DNA of 64,000 nucleotides from the human T2T-CHM13v2.0 reference genome, Homo sapiens, in NCBI RefSeq assembly GCF_009914755.1, contig NC_060932.1; one strand, given 5' to 3'. A model generated the notes under the pieces. That model made no database searches, was not told where the DNA came from, and saw nothing but the letters and a program-made list of their open reading frames with translations. Position 1 is the stretch's first letter, and each line of letters begins with the position of its first letter. The position numbers and the translations under genes are program-made. This document shows positions 31,901 through 46,060 of this stretch, piece after piece.

Positions 31901-34900
31901 CTCGCTGCTGAAAGGACTGGAGGAAACTCCAGGCCAGAGCAGAAGGTAGGCAGTTTTCAGAGGAACTCTGAGACCTTGGTGAGTAGCAGAGGCTGGAGTT
32001 GGGGATGTCAGAAATAGCAACTAGCAACCAGAGACATCCAGGGAGCTCTGAGCATAGGCACAGAGGACGTGCAGGCACTGCAGGGCGTGGCATGAGGACA
32101 CAGCCCCAGGGCTCAGCCAAGGTGGAGAGCAGCACAGGGGCCTGGCAGGGAGGAGCACTAACGGATTAGTGCCAGTCCTGGGATGGCTTCTTCCCCAGGA
32201 CTCTAGGCAGTGCTTCTCTATCTTAGGCCTTTCTTTCGAATTCAAGTTTGCATTTTAAATGAAAACAGAGGCAATCTCCTTCAAAATATACTCTTAAAGA
32301 TGATTGTACTTTTGAGGCAGTATCCTTTTAGTATATTCTGTACACTGAATCTGTTTTGGTTTTGCTTGACTTATTGGTGGTGAATTAGTTAAACAAAGGG
32401 AAGGAGTATCCATTTCCTTCTTTTCTTGCACAAGGCAGGGGTTTATATTCAGGAAGTAGAACTTGAATCATGAAGTTTTGCATGACTTGATCCAAGTCAT
32501 TATTATAATTAGTTTTGTGGAATATTAAAGAAGGCGAGAGAAAGACAGCGGGAAGAGGAGAGTGCAGCCTTTGAAAAGCTGTGCCCCCGATAGATGTGGA
32601 GTCTTGAGTTGCACTTTGCACCGTGGTCTGGACCTCAAGGTGTCATTTTTGTCGCTGAGCCACACTGAAAGTGTCATGAAAATGGTTTCTTTTCTCCCCT
32701 GTGGCTCCTGGCCAGTCACCTGGTTGTTTATTATGTGTTCTACCATGATCATTAATGTTTGAAAAGCAGTTTTTCAACTTAGGACTCCTTGTCAATAAGT
32801 TCGTGGAAGGGGATTTGATGGAATGCATCTTAGTTTGTGTTTTGAAGGTCCCCACCCTCTTCTGTCGCTTCTGCTCCAGGTAGATTTCCTTTCCTAAAGT
32901 CTGCCTCTCCCTGTCTCCTCTTCTGGGTCTTCAGAGCCCTGCACTTCTCAACAATGTATCTTTGTTTTCTGGGTCTTACAAAGCACAGTGGCAGAATGTT
33001 CAAGAGACAATTCAAAGAAAAAGATGCCAGTAAAAATGGGAGGCGATTATTAGAAGGGACACCTAGAAACCTACCCTATGAGAGGTCATGGCAATTGCAG
33101 CATGACAGAGGAGGAAAGGTCTTAAGGTTTTGTCCTGGTGCAAACGGAAGCTGTCTGGGCTGAGAGATTCGCTTGAGCCCTTCCAGGCCATCTGTTCAAA
33201 CTTGCACAAGGGTGGGGGAGGGGGGATGACTTGGTCAACCATCTCATTTGTTTCTACCATCATCTCCATGTCCATCTTTAATTATAAGAGAGTAAATCTT
33301 AAAAGTTGAAAAGGTATATTAAGTAACTATTGTTGTGGGGAAAATCCTACTTCTAATGTTTTATATTTTTTTTCAGAAGCTTGATTGTAAAGAGTGTTAA
33401 CTCTTCAAGGAAAAAAAATTAAAAATATTTTTTAAAGAAAATGAAGGCCCAGATGGAAGAGGCCCCCACCTGTAACGCCAAGGTGAGCTCATCCCCAGGT
33501 ACCACAATGACCTGAGGTGCTTGTAAAAGATGCCGCTCTCTTGGTGCTTGGCTAGGAGCAAGCTATGGCATGGAGAACAGGGATAGACCCACCTGAAAAT
33601 CTGGACCTGCTTCTTCGTGGATGAAGGAATGTGCACCCAGGAGGCCAGGACCCCTGGTCACCTGCATGAAAGGTTTGAGGTGGTGCCGCACATTCCAGAA
33701 GGTGATGTGGTCTCAGATGATGCCCATGGGCACTGTCAGGGTGGGTCCAGGACTGCAGCTGCCTGGGCTGTTTATTCTGCAGGCAGACATGCCCTGGGGG
33801 CCAGTCTGAAGAGCAGCTCAGAGAAGGTGATCAAGCTCCATTTTCAAAAACAAAACAAAAAAGTGAAGACAGACTAACACCCAGTAAACGTGATGTGATC
33901 AGGGCTGCCACTTCCAGAGCACCCTGAGAGTCAAGACCAAAGATCACCAGCAGCCTCTGATTTGAACTTCAGATTGGATCTGGAGGCTAAGCATTCTCAG
34001 CCTGCTCTAAAGCTGGACAGGCTTCCTGACACCAGAGCTGGCTGCTGGACCTGAGGATGCACCACAGGAGGCTGAGCCTCCTCCCACAGCGGGGAGATGG
34101 TGCCCAGGTGAAAGACACGTGTCCTGAGAGAAACCCCTCGGCCCATCACTCATCACAGAGGGGCCGGGGAACAGCTCCTACTTTTCTCTCAAGCAGTGAT
34201 AACATGTGATTTCCCAGGTCAATCTTGATTTCAGAAATGTTAAAAATAAATGGGCCTGGAAGACTTGTAATTTGAGAATAAGACTTGAAAACAAGTGAAA
34301 AGCAGTGAGAACAGATTTTGGTGCCTCCTAGACTTTTCTCATTGGCTGCGCACATTTAGCCTTGAAAGTAAGTAAGCTTATATAGCTGGTGTTCTTCAAT
34401 CATTTCACATGAAATTGTTAGGTATGTTTTGTATAAAAATGCATGTGAAAGATATTGTGACAAAGGAAAACAAGCCTACTTGAGGATTCTTAAGAAAAGA
34501 AAAAGGGTCATTACTGAGATGTCTGTGGTCTCGAAAAGTGACTATATCCTCTTGCCTGAGGCTGAGACAAGACATGTCGGGTGGTCCCACTGCATCCGCC
34601 TCACCCACCCTCTGGTGAACCAGGCGGGGAAGTCCTCCTCCTGCAGTGGATGCACACAGACTCTCCTCACAGCTCAGAGAAAAGGCTGCTTCTGCCCACA
34701 TGTGGCTTGGCAATCCAGGGCACCTGCCTGGGGAATAAAAAGTCATCCTGGGAGGTGCTTCCATGGTGGCCTCTGGCAGAATGACACCTTCTCAGGTACA
34801 GGACTCCACATCCCCTTTCTGAGCCACTGGCTGAGTTGGGCGCTCTTGTATGAGTGGGGAATAGAAGCAAAGATGTTGCTAACACCCTGCTTTGAAAGAT

Positions 34901-35799
34901 GCTTCCTATTTAGACTGATCTCAGGTCTATCTGAGGCTCGAGGCACCGTAAGTCAAGAGGAGACAATGCCACATGCTGAACCAGGGTCAGGCAGGTACAT
35001 GCACGCATTGCAAGGCTGTGAGGGAATCCTTGAGGGAGATGAGAGGATGGAAGCTAGGGGTCAAAAGAGGATGCACCAACGTGAAGGGAAATGTTGACTG
35101 GGACCCACAGCATCAAGACAAACACATGAGCAGGCTGGAGAGGAGCCCCAGGTGAAGCTTATTCTGGGAAAAGAGAATATAAGGGGTGACTTTTACTAAA
35201 GATTCAGCTCTGAACAGAACCCAGATATCATAGGGTTGCTTGTCATGCATCTACATCTCCAACAAGACATGCTAGAAGTGATGGGAGCTTGTTACACTCA
35301 GACGTGTGACCTGGAGACTCTGAGTTCTAATTCTATTCCTTTGAGGCCTGCAGACATGTCTTTGTCTTGTCTCCTAATCTCCTTTCTGTTTAGGAAAAGA
35401 CAGAACACCAGAGCCACTGTCAAAATGGTGAGGATGGGATCTTGTTTTGTGGATTCCACCATAATGCTAACATAGCCCAGACTGTTGCTTTCTGTCTCCG
35501 GTTCCATGACTTCTTAATGACAAACTTGTTAAAATATGGTTTTATTTCCAAAATTTAAATGCAGGTGGGACACAATACTTCTTAAATACTGTTTCTACCA
35601 TCTATTCCTCCTCTTGTCCTTTTGCTTCCACTAATATCTAGGAATAGCAAAAGCATAACTACATGAGAAGTGATGCTTGGCTTAACTGCATGTGGGAGAG
35701 GAGGAACTGGAAAAGAAAGAGAGCGTTCCATTAAGAGAGGACAAAACAACACACACAGAGAAAGACAGGGACAAGAGACAGCAACAGTGGAAACATCAT

Positions 35800-35960
35800 T
35801 CTTCATATCTTCACACTTTTCAACACTGGCTTCCTCAGCCTATGAGGTATCACACCATTTACAGAGAATAAAGGGAGGTCTAGAATTGCCGAGGTTTGCC
35901 AAAGTTCACACAGTTCGACAGTCATTGAATGCAAGACCCAGACATGCAAGCTCCTGCTGT
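35800..35960 (-). mobile_element. MIR SINE
   Basis: cctatgaggta...ccatttacagaga...tttgccaaagttcacacag. Confidence 0.6.
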
Positions 35961-36159
35961 CAACAGGGGGAAAGGAAGGGTGGAATCAGATCAGATTCCC
36001 TCCTCTACCACAGTGTATACAGTTGTAACAGGGAGGCCTGCTTCCACAGGGAGCCAACTTCACTCGCACATCTCGCACATCTCAGCCATCCTCTCCCTTC
36101 TCTTGCCTTCTCTATTCTTCATCTGTAGCTCCTTTCCTGCAGCTGCTAGAGACACCATC

Positions 36160-36960
36160 ATGTGCAATTGCAAGCCTGGCTACTGAAGTGCAGGAGTGGC
36201 CACTGTGCCCGGAACAGCATGCCTCAGTGGGGGATATGGTCAGAATGGACACGGAGGCCACACTGCAGGAGGCCTTGGGCATGACTGTAAGGGACTGGGT
36301 CTTGATTCCGCATGAATGAGGTGGCGCTGGAGAACTCTCTGCAGAGAAGTGTCATTATGCAACATTCTTTTTAATTTTTAAAATTTTCCTTTTGGATTAA
36401 TTTCAGATTTACAGAAAAGTTACAACACAAAGTATGGAAAATTACTATAAACCCTTCACTTGACTTCCTCTAATGTGCATATTTTACATAAGCACAGTAC
36501 ATTTTTCAAAACTAAGAAATTAACATTGGTTATGACTGACTCATCTACAGATGTTATTGAGATTTCACTAGTTATTTCAGTAGTGTCTCTTTTTTGTTCT
36601 CTTGTCTATTTGAAATATCACATTGTATTCAGTGCCATGTGTTTTCAGCAGGGTCACTGAAGCTGCTCTGTGGGTGGAGGGAGACATTTATGGGCTTTAG
36701 GAATAGACTTAACCAAAGACAATGTTGGTTTGGCCCAAAGCGGGAGCTTGGGCCAAGGATTCTGGATACATTTTGAAGATGAGACAGCAGCACTGGGGAG
36801 AGAGAGGAGTTAAGTGTGTGTGTGGCCTGAGCACCTAGCAGAATGGAGCTGCCATTTACAGAGATGGGGAAGACCAAGAGGAGCAGGTTTGTAAGCAGTG
36901 CCAGGCACTCAGGTTGGGGGTTGGGGGAGGTTTGGGACACGCTGCCTGCTAAACATTGAG
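36160..36960 (-). mobile_element. L2 fragment interrupted by an old L1 3' end
   Basis: L2 reverse motifs 'gtaagggactgggtcttgattc', 'gattctggatacattttgaag' and 'gaatggagctgccatttacagagatgggga'. Confidence 0.7.
36365..36645 (-). mobile_element. L1MC4/5-like 3' end
   Basis: taatttcagatttacagaaaagttacaa...cttcctctaatgtgcatattttacataa...aactaagaaattaacattgg. Confidence 0.7.
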
Positions 36961-37377
36961 TCTGGCAAAAGCTGCACACAGATGGAGAGCCTTGGCCTTG
37001 GGTGAATCCAGCCTTTGCAGACCCATCCAGCTGATACTGACCCATGTATGCCATGTGCCATGGCCTTCCTTGGATTTACCACTCTTCATTTAATATGGCT
37101 TCACCAGCAAGTGACAGGAGTTGCTTTACACAAACTGGCTTGACCAAGAAATGCCCTCACCTCACATAATGGGAACTGGAGAGACTGGACAGCATTCCCG
37201 GGTGCCCACAGGTCATTTCCTATTGCCCAATCTGCTGCCTCAGTGTTGCTACCTGGCAGGTGGAGCTGGTCAGTTTGCAGGGGCAGATGGCTTCTGGCAG
37301 CAGTCAGGGCACAGCCTTTTCTTCACTTCAGAGTGGGGTGGGAGGGACAGGCGAGTCCCCATGGTGTCCTCCCCAGG

Positions 37378-37520
37378 CCGGCTTTCAGCCGGGATGAGTC
37401 TGACCCCTGGGCACACTTGGCCTTGCTGGGAGACATTTGGGTTGTCACAACTGATCATGGAAAACATTGTGGGATGCTGCTAAACATCCTCCTGTGCATC
37501 GGACAGCCTGACAACTGACC
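37378..37520. mobile_element. MER20-like hAT-Charlie DNA transposon fragment
   Basis: ggagacatttgggttgtcacaactg and gggatgctgctaaacatcctcctgtgcatcggacagcc match recalled MER20. Confidence 0.75.
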
Positions 37521-37879
37521 AGAGATGAGGTGCACCCACCTCTTGACAGGCTTTCCTGGTACTGTGAACACTTGGGTGTCAGTGGTCCCCAGACTGGCTG
37601 GGCTGAGCTTCCCAGGCCTGCTCTTTATTCTGCCCTAAGATTGGTCCCTGTACAAGTGCTATGTCCACGTCCACTTCCAAGGCAGTGGAAAGATGCCCTC
37701 AGATCTATCAGAGAAAAAAAGTGTGTATCTGTGTTTTGAAGCTTCACATTCCTTTTAGTTTCTACTCTGGAAAGTGCGAGAAAAAGAAGGTGATCTTCAG
37801 TTCTGAGGGTATCTGTGGAAGTCCCCACACTGATTCTTTCCTAGGGACCCAATCATAACCCTCCAGGCTTACTTTGGAC

Positions 37880-37990
37880 TCAATCTTACTGTGAGTTCTT
37901 CCAAAGTAGGAAGCCAGCATTGTTTACCTTTGTGCCCTGGTGCCCAGGAACGTGTTTGGCATGTGATGGGCAGCTAGGTTGTTGAACTGA
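37880..37990 (+). mobile_element. L2 3' terminal fragment
   Basis: ctgtgagttcttc...tttgtgccctggtgcccagga...ttggcatgtgatggg...gttgttgaa. Confidence 0.5.
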
Positions 37991-40900
37991 CTTTCACTTC
38001 TGCAGTATGGTTTATGTGGCATGATGCCTGCAGTGTTTCATTTCTGAGCAATATTGGAATCCAAGGCCTAGCCCATTGGTGGGCACACCATGGATACATG
38101 AGAGTGACTGCTGACTGTTATGTCCAAATGCCTTTGGATGGAAGCCCATATTGGCCTGAGTCACCTGAACAGCTCATCTGAGTCTCCACATCTGCAAAAT
38201 ATTCACATACATTCGGGACCATATGCCCTTGTTGGGTCATTTTAATCTTTGTTTTAACTTTCTTATTATTAACTTTATTTTCTGCTTCACTGCAGGCATA
38301 GCAGTCCTACACCCATCCAAAATGAAGGAAACTGTTCTGGAAACATTTTTACCTTGGTTTCTCCTAAAGCAAGTTGGATCTCTGTGATGCTATCTTGCAT
38401 GCTGCTGAAGTCATTTTCCAGTGGTGTAATTTTCCTGTTAACTTAAAAAGAGAAGCTCAGCATTACATGTCCCTCTGGGCTTCAGACATCTGTTCCTTCC
38501 TCCCATGTCCAGAAATATTAGACAATTTCTCTCCAGCATCAAGAGAAACAAAGTGATGGGAGCTTATTTCAATTTTGAGAGAATCTGAGTTTGTAGGACT
38601 AACACAATGATCAATACCAGTTTGACAGTGGAAGGGTGTTAACATTTATTTCTTTTTTTTTTTTTAAGGATTTTATGAATCTTTTGTCTCTCATTTCTTA
38701 AGAATTCTAACTACACTGCTTGATATCATACAATAATAATTTTTCTGAAAACTGAGAACAGAGATTCTGTTTAGTTAAAACTTCCAAATCAGTTGTAAAT
38801 GTGGGTATAGTCTGAATCATAATCAATGCAATTCAAAGACAGAAGAGAAGGATGTCAGAGGATACAGTGGGCAACAGGGAAGACTTCAGGAGACTTCAGG
38901 TGGATCTCCGTATTTCATGAACAAATCCCAGATTTCCAAGAAATAGGAAGACGATTGTCCTGAGGTTTACAGATCTCTTCCTCCCCCACCTCTCTCTCCT
39001 TTTTAAAAAGTAGTTGAAAAAGACTTGAGGTGACTCTAAATACTTTTATTTGTTAGCTTACAGTTGTAAAGAAGTTGAACAGCATTTGTTAAGGTGGCGG
39101 GGACTGTACAGGAAGGGAGGGTGTGCAGAAGGACGGTGATCATGGGCAGCAGCACCAAGCTCCAGAGGAAAAGAAACAGGCAGAACTGCTTAAAATCCCT
39201 ACAAGGAAAAAAATCATGCATATCTCAGGGTACACAGGACAAGCATTGTCATTAGCTCATTCCGCAACAAATGTCACTTCTTGTGTGATTCCATTTCCAT
39301 TGCTCCATTTTTGTTCAAAGTTGAAAAAATCTGGTGTCCCTAAGCACGAAATGGAGTAGGCTTGCAACTCTGTGGATCTTATGATAATGACACTGGTCCT
39401 TCTCCTTCCTTTGACTGTAAAGAACACTGACACATTATTAGGATTTTATTGGTACCTGTGAGCCTGACGGGACAGCAAAGACAGGGAAGGAGTTCCTGAC
39501 ACACAAGATATCACACACACATGCTCACCGGAAATTCTTTAAAAGGGGCTTTGATTTAAACATTACAATTGCGATTTAAAGTGCAATAACACAGGAATAT
39601 TTTTCTAAGAGACTCAGTTAAGTGTATGCTAAATTAATTGGATAAAATATAAAATTCTGAGTGCAGGTATTTATTTAAAATTCCCAGTGCTAAAAGTTTT
39701 GGGGTGATATTGCGAAGACACAGTGAAACATGGTGTAATTTCTCTCAGTAAAGGAATTTGGGTTCCAACCAAAGGAGACAGGAATGCATGCAGGCAGTGA
39801 TTAGACACTGGGAGGAGAGGCAGCACTCAGTGTGGTCGGAGGCGAAGTGGAGGCAGGCTCAGGGCTGCAAATGGGACTGCTGGTATTCTAGAGACAGCTG
39901 CTTACTTTCTAGTTCAGCTGTCTAAAAACCTGTCCTGGGCCTGGAAGCAGGGTGCATCTGGAGTAAAGGCTGCTTTAGAGTTTAGCTCCCACAGCAAGGT
40001 GGCATCATTGTAGATCTTGACACAGGTAGCTCCTGGGGCCACTTTTAAGTTCCCTTCTGATGTGTTGTCCTTTTTGGGACAGGTGAATAGAGCAATCAGA
40101 ATTGCTGCAAATGAAGACATTGCCCCTGAGTTGAATGAGAGATCTATTCACTTCAATCACTGTCATTTTCCTTAATAATGAAGACACTAAGTTATGACAA
40201 ATGTCTCCATTACCTACATCTATGGGAAATTAACTGATAGAGCTTGGTACAATAAACAGAAAATTGATGAGAAAAAATTGGGGAGAAAATTTAACAGCCA
40301 GGCCCAAAACTGAAGAAATATCTCCCACAGACTGTGGTTCTGTTCTGTGCAAATATTGTAGACTTTTACATATTTTGGTTGATAAAATATGCTGAATGAG
40401 ACGCCCTCACATTTGGGTAAACCAACTACATTATACAAATAAAGTTTTGGAAGTATCTTTGTGCACTGTGACTAATAATAGGAAAAGAAAAATGGGGGTT
40501 GAAAAGAAATACTCTGATTTGCCTTGAGAGTTTTTTTGGTGCTTGAAATATTTCCTCGATATTCTTCATAAGATGTTAGAAAATCTCTATGTCCAATTTA
40601 ATTATATCTTGGTCTTCTTTTTTGGTTCTTGTGAGGATCTGGGTTTGGAGACCAAAGCACTCCAGGAAGGCAAGCGTGTGAATGCTTGTGAGCTCACTGT
40701 CTTCTTGCTATCTATTCCCCAACCTGTTTTATTAACCATCAGATTACAGAAACAGGAAAGCCAAAAATTCTCCAAGGGGACTCCACTTCCAATTCCAGTT
40801 CTTACTCGTTCTTCGTAGAATAGGCCTTTGCGGCCTCTTTCCTGACCAGCGTCCTCACCTGGTGCTCAGAACCTCATGTTGTCCAAAGTAGGACCCTTGA

Positions 40901-41299
40901 CAACATTTCAAAGACCCGAGTGACTCTGGCTGTTTCTCTGAAAAGCAATAATAGAAGCCTTCCAGAAAATGGCCTTTAATAACTTGGCATAAACTCAACT
41001 CAAATAGGGACCTCTCTACCTCTTCACCAGGCTCAATACTGTTAGGGAAACTTAGCTAGTTCTGATCCAAAAAAGGAGATTGCTGAGGACAGTCCCCTTC
41101 AGCTGAGCACTTAAAACCCTGCCGTCCAGAGCCGTCCACCAAAAGGCAAAATGACTGCTCCTCCCTCAACTTCTTCCTTTAGGATATTGTGTATTTTTCT
41201 ATCCTTGGTTCTTTCTGGAATAACCCTGACAAGGTGTTCCACATTTCAACTATAAATTTCATTTTGGTATTATAGACTGAAACTGTTTTTATTTTAACT

Positions 41300-44290
41300 G
41301 AAAAGTTTAGTGAACTAATTACAGATTTTAGCCATTCTGATAGGTGACACATCACTATGATTTTCATTTTCATTTCTCTGAGAGCTAATGAGGCTACATC
41401 TTTTTAGATGTGCTTTTTTTAACCACCTATAAATCTGCTTTAGGTATATGTGTGTTCATGTCTTTTACCCATTGTCTAACTGGATTGTTTGACTTTTTAC
41501 CATTGAGTTTTAAGAATTTGTTAAATATTCTGGATACTTTTTATTTGTTGGCTATGTGCAAATATTTTCTCCCAGTCTGTAGCTTATCATTTTATTCCTT
41601 TCACAAGGGTTTTTATAAACAAAAGCTTTAAATTTTGATGTGGTCCTACTTATTAAATTTTTTTGTTATGGATTACGTTGATTTTCTACCTAGTAGTTTA
41701 TCAGTTGCTAAGTGAGGTTTTGAAGTCTCCAACTAGAGTTGTGGATTTATCAATTTCTCCTGTCAGCTCCACAGTTTTTGCTTTACAAGTCTTAAAGTTT
41801 TTATTTTGTGTGTGTCCATATTTATAGTTGTTAAGTCTTCCTGATGAATTGATCCTTTCATCCTTATTAATGTCTCTCTTTGCCTCTAGTTTTTTTTTGC
41901 TCTGAAGTCTACTTTATTAGATACTAATATAGTAACTCCTGATTTTTAAAAGTTAATGTTTATATGGCACATATCTTTCCATCCTTTGCTTTTAACCTAC
42001 CTATATTATTGGATTATATTTTCTTTTAAGTAGTATATAATTGGGACTTGTATTTGTATCTACTCTGATAATCTTTGTCTTTTAATTGGTGTAGTAGATC
42101 ATTTATATTTAAGGTAATTATTTATTTGTTGGTAGTTAAATTCATCGCTCCATTTTTTATTTTCTCTTTATTTCTGCTGGTTTCTCTTCCCCTGCTTATT
42201 TTGTATTGCCTTCCTGTGAGCTAAATTTTTTCCAGGACTCTATCTTGATTTGTTTATACTGTTTGTTTATAAAACTGCATCTCTGTTTGGTTTTAATACT
42301 GGTTTCTGTTGTGGTTACTATATACATATGTGACTTATAACAGTTTACTGGTGTCAGCATCTTACTATTCCAAGTGAAGTGTGGAAACTTCACTTTTGTA
42401 TTAGACCCTTTACCATCCCCACTTTTACATATCACTGCTTTGAATATCAGATGCTGCTATACGTTTTGTTCTAGTCATAATTTATGATTTATAAAACTCA
42501 CAAGAAAAAGGATAGCTCATGTTATGTACCCATATTTTTCATCTTTCCATTGTTCCTTCTTCCTTTCTCATTCTCCAAGATTGTTTCTGTCATCATTTCC
42601 TCTGTGTTTGAATAGCTTCCTTTAGCCATTCATTAAGGCTAGGTCTAGTAACAACAAATTCTTGTTTTATTTATATGAGAATGCTTTTATTTTCCTTTAA
42701 TTCCTAAAATATCGTTTTCTCATGTATAGAATTAGAATTTCACAACTCTTTTCTTGAGCACAAAAATACTTTCACCTCCTTCTGACTGTCATGGTTTCAA
42801 AGAGAAATCTGCTGTCATTTTACTTCATGTTCTCCTACAGGAATGTGTCATTTTTCTCTAGCTTCTTCCAAGATTTGATTTTTGATTTTAGTTTCCAAAA
42901 GTTTAATTATGATGTGTTTTGGTATGCATTTCATTGGATTTATACTGTTTGGGACTTGTTCAGCTTCTTCGATGTGTAGGTTTGTGTCTTTCACCCATTT
43001 GTGAAGTTTTCAGCTATTATTTATTCATATACTCTTTCAGCTACAGTTTTCTTTTTCTGATAATCTGGTAACAAAAAGTGTCAGATTTTTCTTATTGTCA
43101 CTCAGATATCAAAGAGTGTATTCTTTTATTTGGTCTTTTTTTTTGTTCAAATTGGGTGAATTCTTTGTTATTTCCTTAAGTTCATTGATTATGTACTCTA
43201 TGATTCCTACTCTGTTATTTAAGCTCTCTAGCAATTTTTAATTTTTTATTGCATTTTTCACTTTATAATTTCCATCTGATTATTTTTATAGCTTCTGTTT
43301 CTTTGCTGAGATCTCATATATTTTCATTTGTTTCAAGAGGATGTGTAGGTGAGTATTGAAGCATTTTTATAATGCTGCTTTTAAACCTTGTCAGACAATT
43401 TCAACATTGGATTAATATCACTGTTGACATCAGTTTATTGGCTTTTTTCATTCAGTTTGTGAATCTCCTAGTTCTTGGTATAACAGGTGATTTTCAGTTG
43501 TATACTGAGCCCTATTTAAATCTTATATTTTAGCAGGAAGTCACCCAGTTTAGGTTCAGTACACAAGTCTTGGGTATTTTTCTGGACTGTGGTTCCAATG
43601 GCAGCTTAATTTTTAGAGTCTTTGTTGTGTTGTTTGGTCTGCTTGGTTTTTCTGGTTCCCTGGGGGCTCCCATTCGTGGCTGCTCGTGTGGCCTGGGAAG
43701 TGGGAAAGGCTTCCCCAAGCCAACCACCAGAAGGCTGTTGGTGGGAGAAGGATGTGGTGGGATCCGTGTGCCTGTGTCCTGGGCTGCCCAAGTGCCTCTG
43801 GTCAGGGCAGGAGAATCCCAGACCTTTGGCAACAGAGTCTCTCTGAGCAGCTGCTTGCTATGGCAGGCCCCTTTTCTGATTCTACCCCTCACTTCTGTGT
43901 GTCTCAGCAGGGAAAGGGCATCTCAGGCTTAGTGGTAAGTAGACCCCTGGGTACGGATTTCTAGTGGGGCTCTGATGTGCCCCTGCTAGTGGCTCCCCTG
44001 GTGCTGTTGGAGGAACTCTGCTCCATCTAGAGAATGAGCAATCTGAAGACCATTTGAGGAGCTGCTGGTACTGGGATGGGGTGGAAACCATGACTTGTGG
44101 CCTTCCTTGCTGGGTGGGGACTGAGACCTGGCACTGTGCTACTCCTCTTGGGTTCTGGACACACTTGCCTTCCCCTCCTCCCAGGGTCCTCCTGGGGTCA
44201 CCTCAAGTGCCATGCTGGGTTCACAGTTGTGCTTGGTGGCAGAAGCAAGGAGAATGGGTCTATTCATTATTTGGCATCCAGAAGTCTGAA
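41300..44290 (-). mobile_element. Old L1 (L1MC/L1MD/L1M4-like): 5'UTR, ORF1, EN start and a late-ORF2 piece, with a large internal gap
   Basis: 41300-41670 late ORF2/3' ('gccattctgataggtg', 'aaatattttctcccagtctgt'); 41680-42130 EN ('gaagtctccaacta', 'tgaattgatccttt'); ORF1-like ~42600-43400; GC-richer 5'UTR to ~44290. Confidence 0.7.
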
Positions 44291-44399
44291 AAGCTACATT
44301 AATACTTTAATGTCTACTTTGGACACTCACCTAGAGGAAATTCTACATCTTTCCAAAGCTCTTCAATCTGTCTGTCACTTGTATCTGTAGTTTTGCTGC

Positions 44400-45022
44400 C
44401 TCATTTCACTTGTGTCACTTCTCCTGAATCCACAGTAACAGCTGCAAACATGAACTCTGACTGTTCAGATGGTGCCCTCGGTCTGTCCTCCTCACTGCCT
44501 CACACTACCCTGGGACCTTCCCATACTTTCTGCTGAAACCATTACATGCGGCCAATGCCACAGGGGTGCCTTTCACCTATTTTCAACTCTACACCCAGCT
44601 GCCTGAAATTCCCCCAAATGTTGTTTAATCTGTTTTTCTCTACCGGTAGGTGGTTCATTCTTTACTTTTTTGCCCTGGCTAATTGTGATTCACCCTTACA
44701 AACTGAGCTTGGCATAACCTCTCCAAAGAAGACTTCCCAAATCCCTCCATGTTGGTAAGGTGCCATTTTGGGGGCCTTTCCTAGTGCCTTACCTACTTTT
44801 CTGTTTCCAAGCTCTGTTGACATGATCATTTCCCATGGAGCAGGCTCTGTATTGATCACCCCCATTGTTGCAATTGCACACTCTCTATAATTGCCTGTTT
44901 ACACTCTCACTTCCTTAGACTGCAGAACTTCTGAGGGCAGAAATTATGATGTATCTATCTTTCTATCCCCAGAACCTCTCAAATGTTAGATACTCATTGT
45001 TGGCTGAATGGCTAAATGGATG
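44400..45022 (+). mobile_element. L2 fragment
   Basis: ttagactgcagaacttctgagggcagaaattatg...tctatccccagaacct...ttgttggctgaatgg. Confidence 0.55.
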
Positions 45023-45036
45023 AATATCATCTCATA

Positions 45037-45062
45037 TTTATTTATTTATTTATTTATTTATT
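45037..45062. repeat. (ATTT)n microsatellite
   Basis: Seen directly. Confidence 0.85.
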
Positions 45063-45914
45063 CTTCCTTTTCTGATTTCTAATTCTGAATAAAGAATTTA
45101 AGACAACAGGGAAATGTAATTACACTTTGTAAACCAATTTTTCTTCAGGAACTTCATTCAGGGCATATATTTTCTGAATATTTATGCCCATTTACACACA
45201 ACAAGCAATGTTTACACAGATCAAATAGAAAATCTGGATTTGAAGGGGGAAGCTTCGTGGGACAATGCATTCTAAGGAAAAATGGAATCTGTGAAGAGCA
45301 AATCCACTCATCAGAGGTGATCAGTGGCATGAGTTAACTCTGTTTACTCAGCAACACTGGCTGAACATCTTGGCACAGTGGAGTTTAGAGAGAAAAGACA
45401 TTTTGTTCAATGATATTTTTAATGACTAAGCTAACTTTAAACAAGTTTTACAGTCACATAGTCCAAATGTACATAAAGTTAGGTTAGTTTTCCACCACTT
45501 CATGTAAATTATGCTCACTGATCTAAGAAGCTAGTTCTTATTAAAGGCACAGCTAAGCAACACAATAAAATAAATTTAGTTCCTCCCATTCAAAAATACG
45601 TTTAAATGATGAAGCTGAGTGAGCTTTCTTTTTCCCTAAAAAGTCAAGGAACAATGGTTTGCATTTCCTCTGTCATTCCATTTATCTAAGAAAATATTCT
45701 GGAAAATCACCAGAGCACTTCTAGAGCCTTCATGTGAATACAATTAAGAGCTTGATTGGTAAATTTTGGAAAAGGATGCTGAGAAAAAAATCCGAGATCG
45801 AATCGATCTCTTTTAGAAGTCCATCATCATCAGCTTTCATGGGCCTTTAAGTTCTCCCTGACCTCCTGAGGTTGCACGCCAGAGGGAAGTGCGATTTGAG
45901 TAGGCTGCGAGCCC

Positions 45915-46060
45915 TACTCACACTGCAGTAAGAACACGGGCTCTGGAGCCTGCAGGCCTAGTTCAGAGCCAGGTTCTGTGGCTGCACACAAGGCGACTCT
46001 GCCCACCTGCGGCCTCGTCCCTCACACTCTCTAATCTATAAGTTGAGGGTCGCACAACTC
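45915..46060 (+). mobile_element. MIR SINE (5' part)
   Basis: gtaagaacacgggctctggagcc...ctagttcagagccaggttctg. Confidence 0.6.

Noticed and set aside
34429-35097. 222-aa ORF, the longest non-L1 ORF
   Set aside because: Non-ATG start, no recognisable domain or codon bias, and several overlapping ORFs on both strands; consistent with chance.
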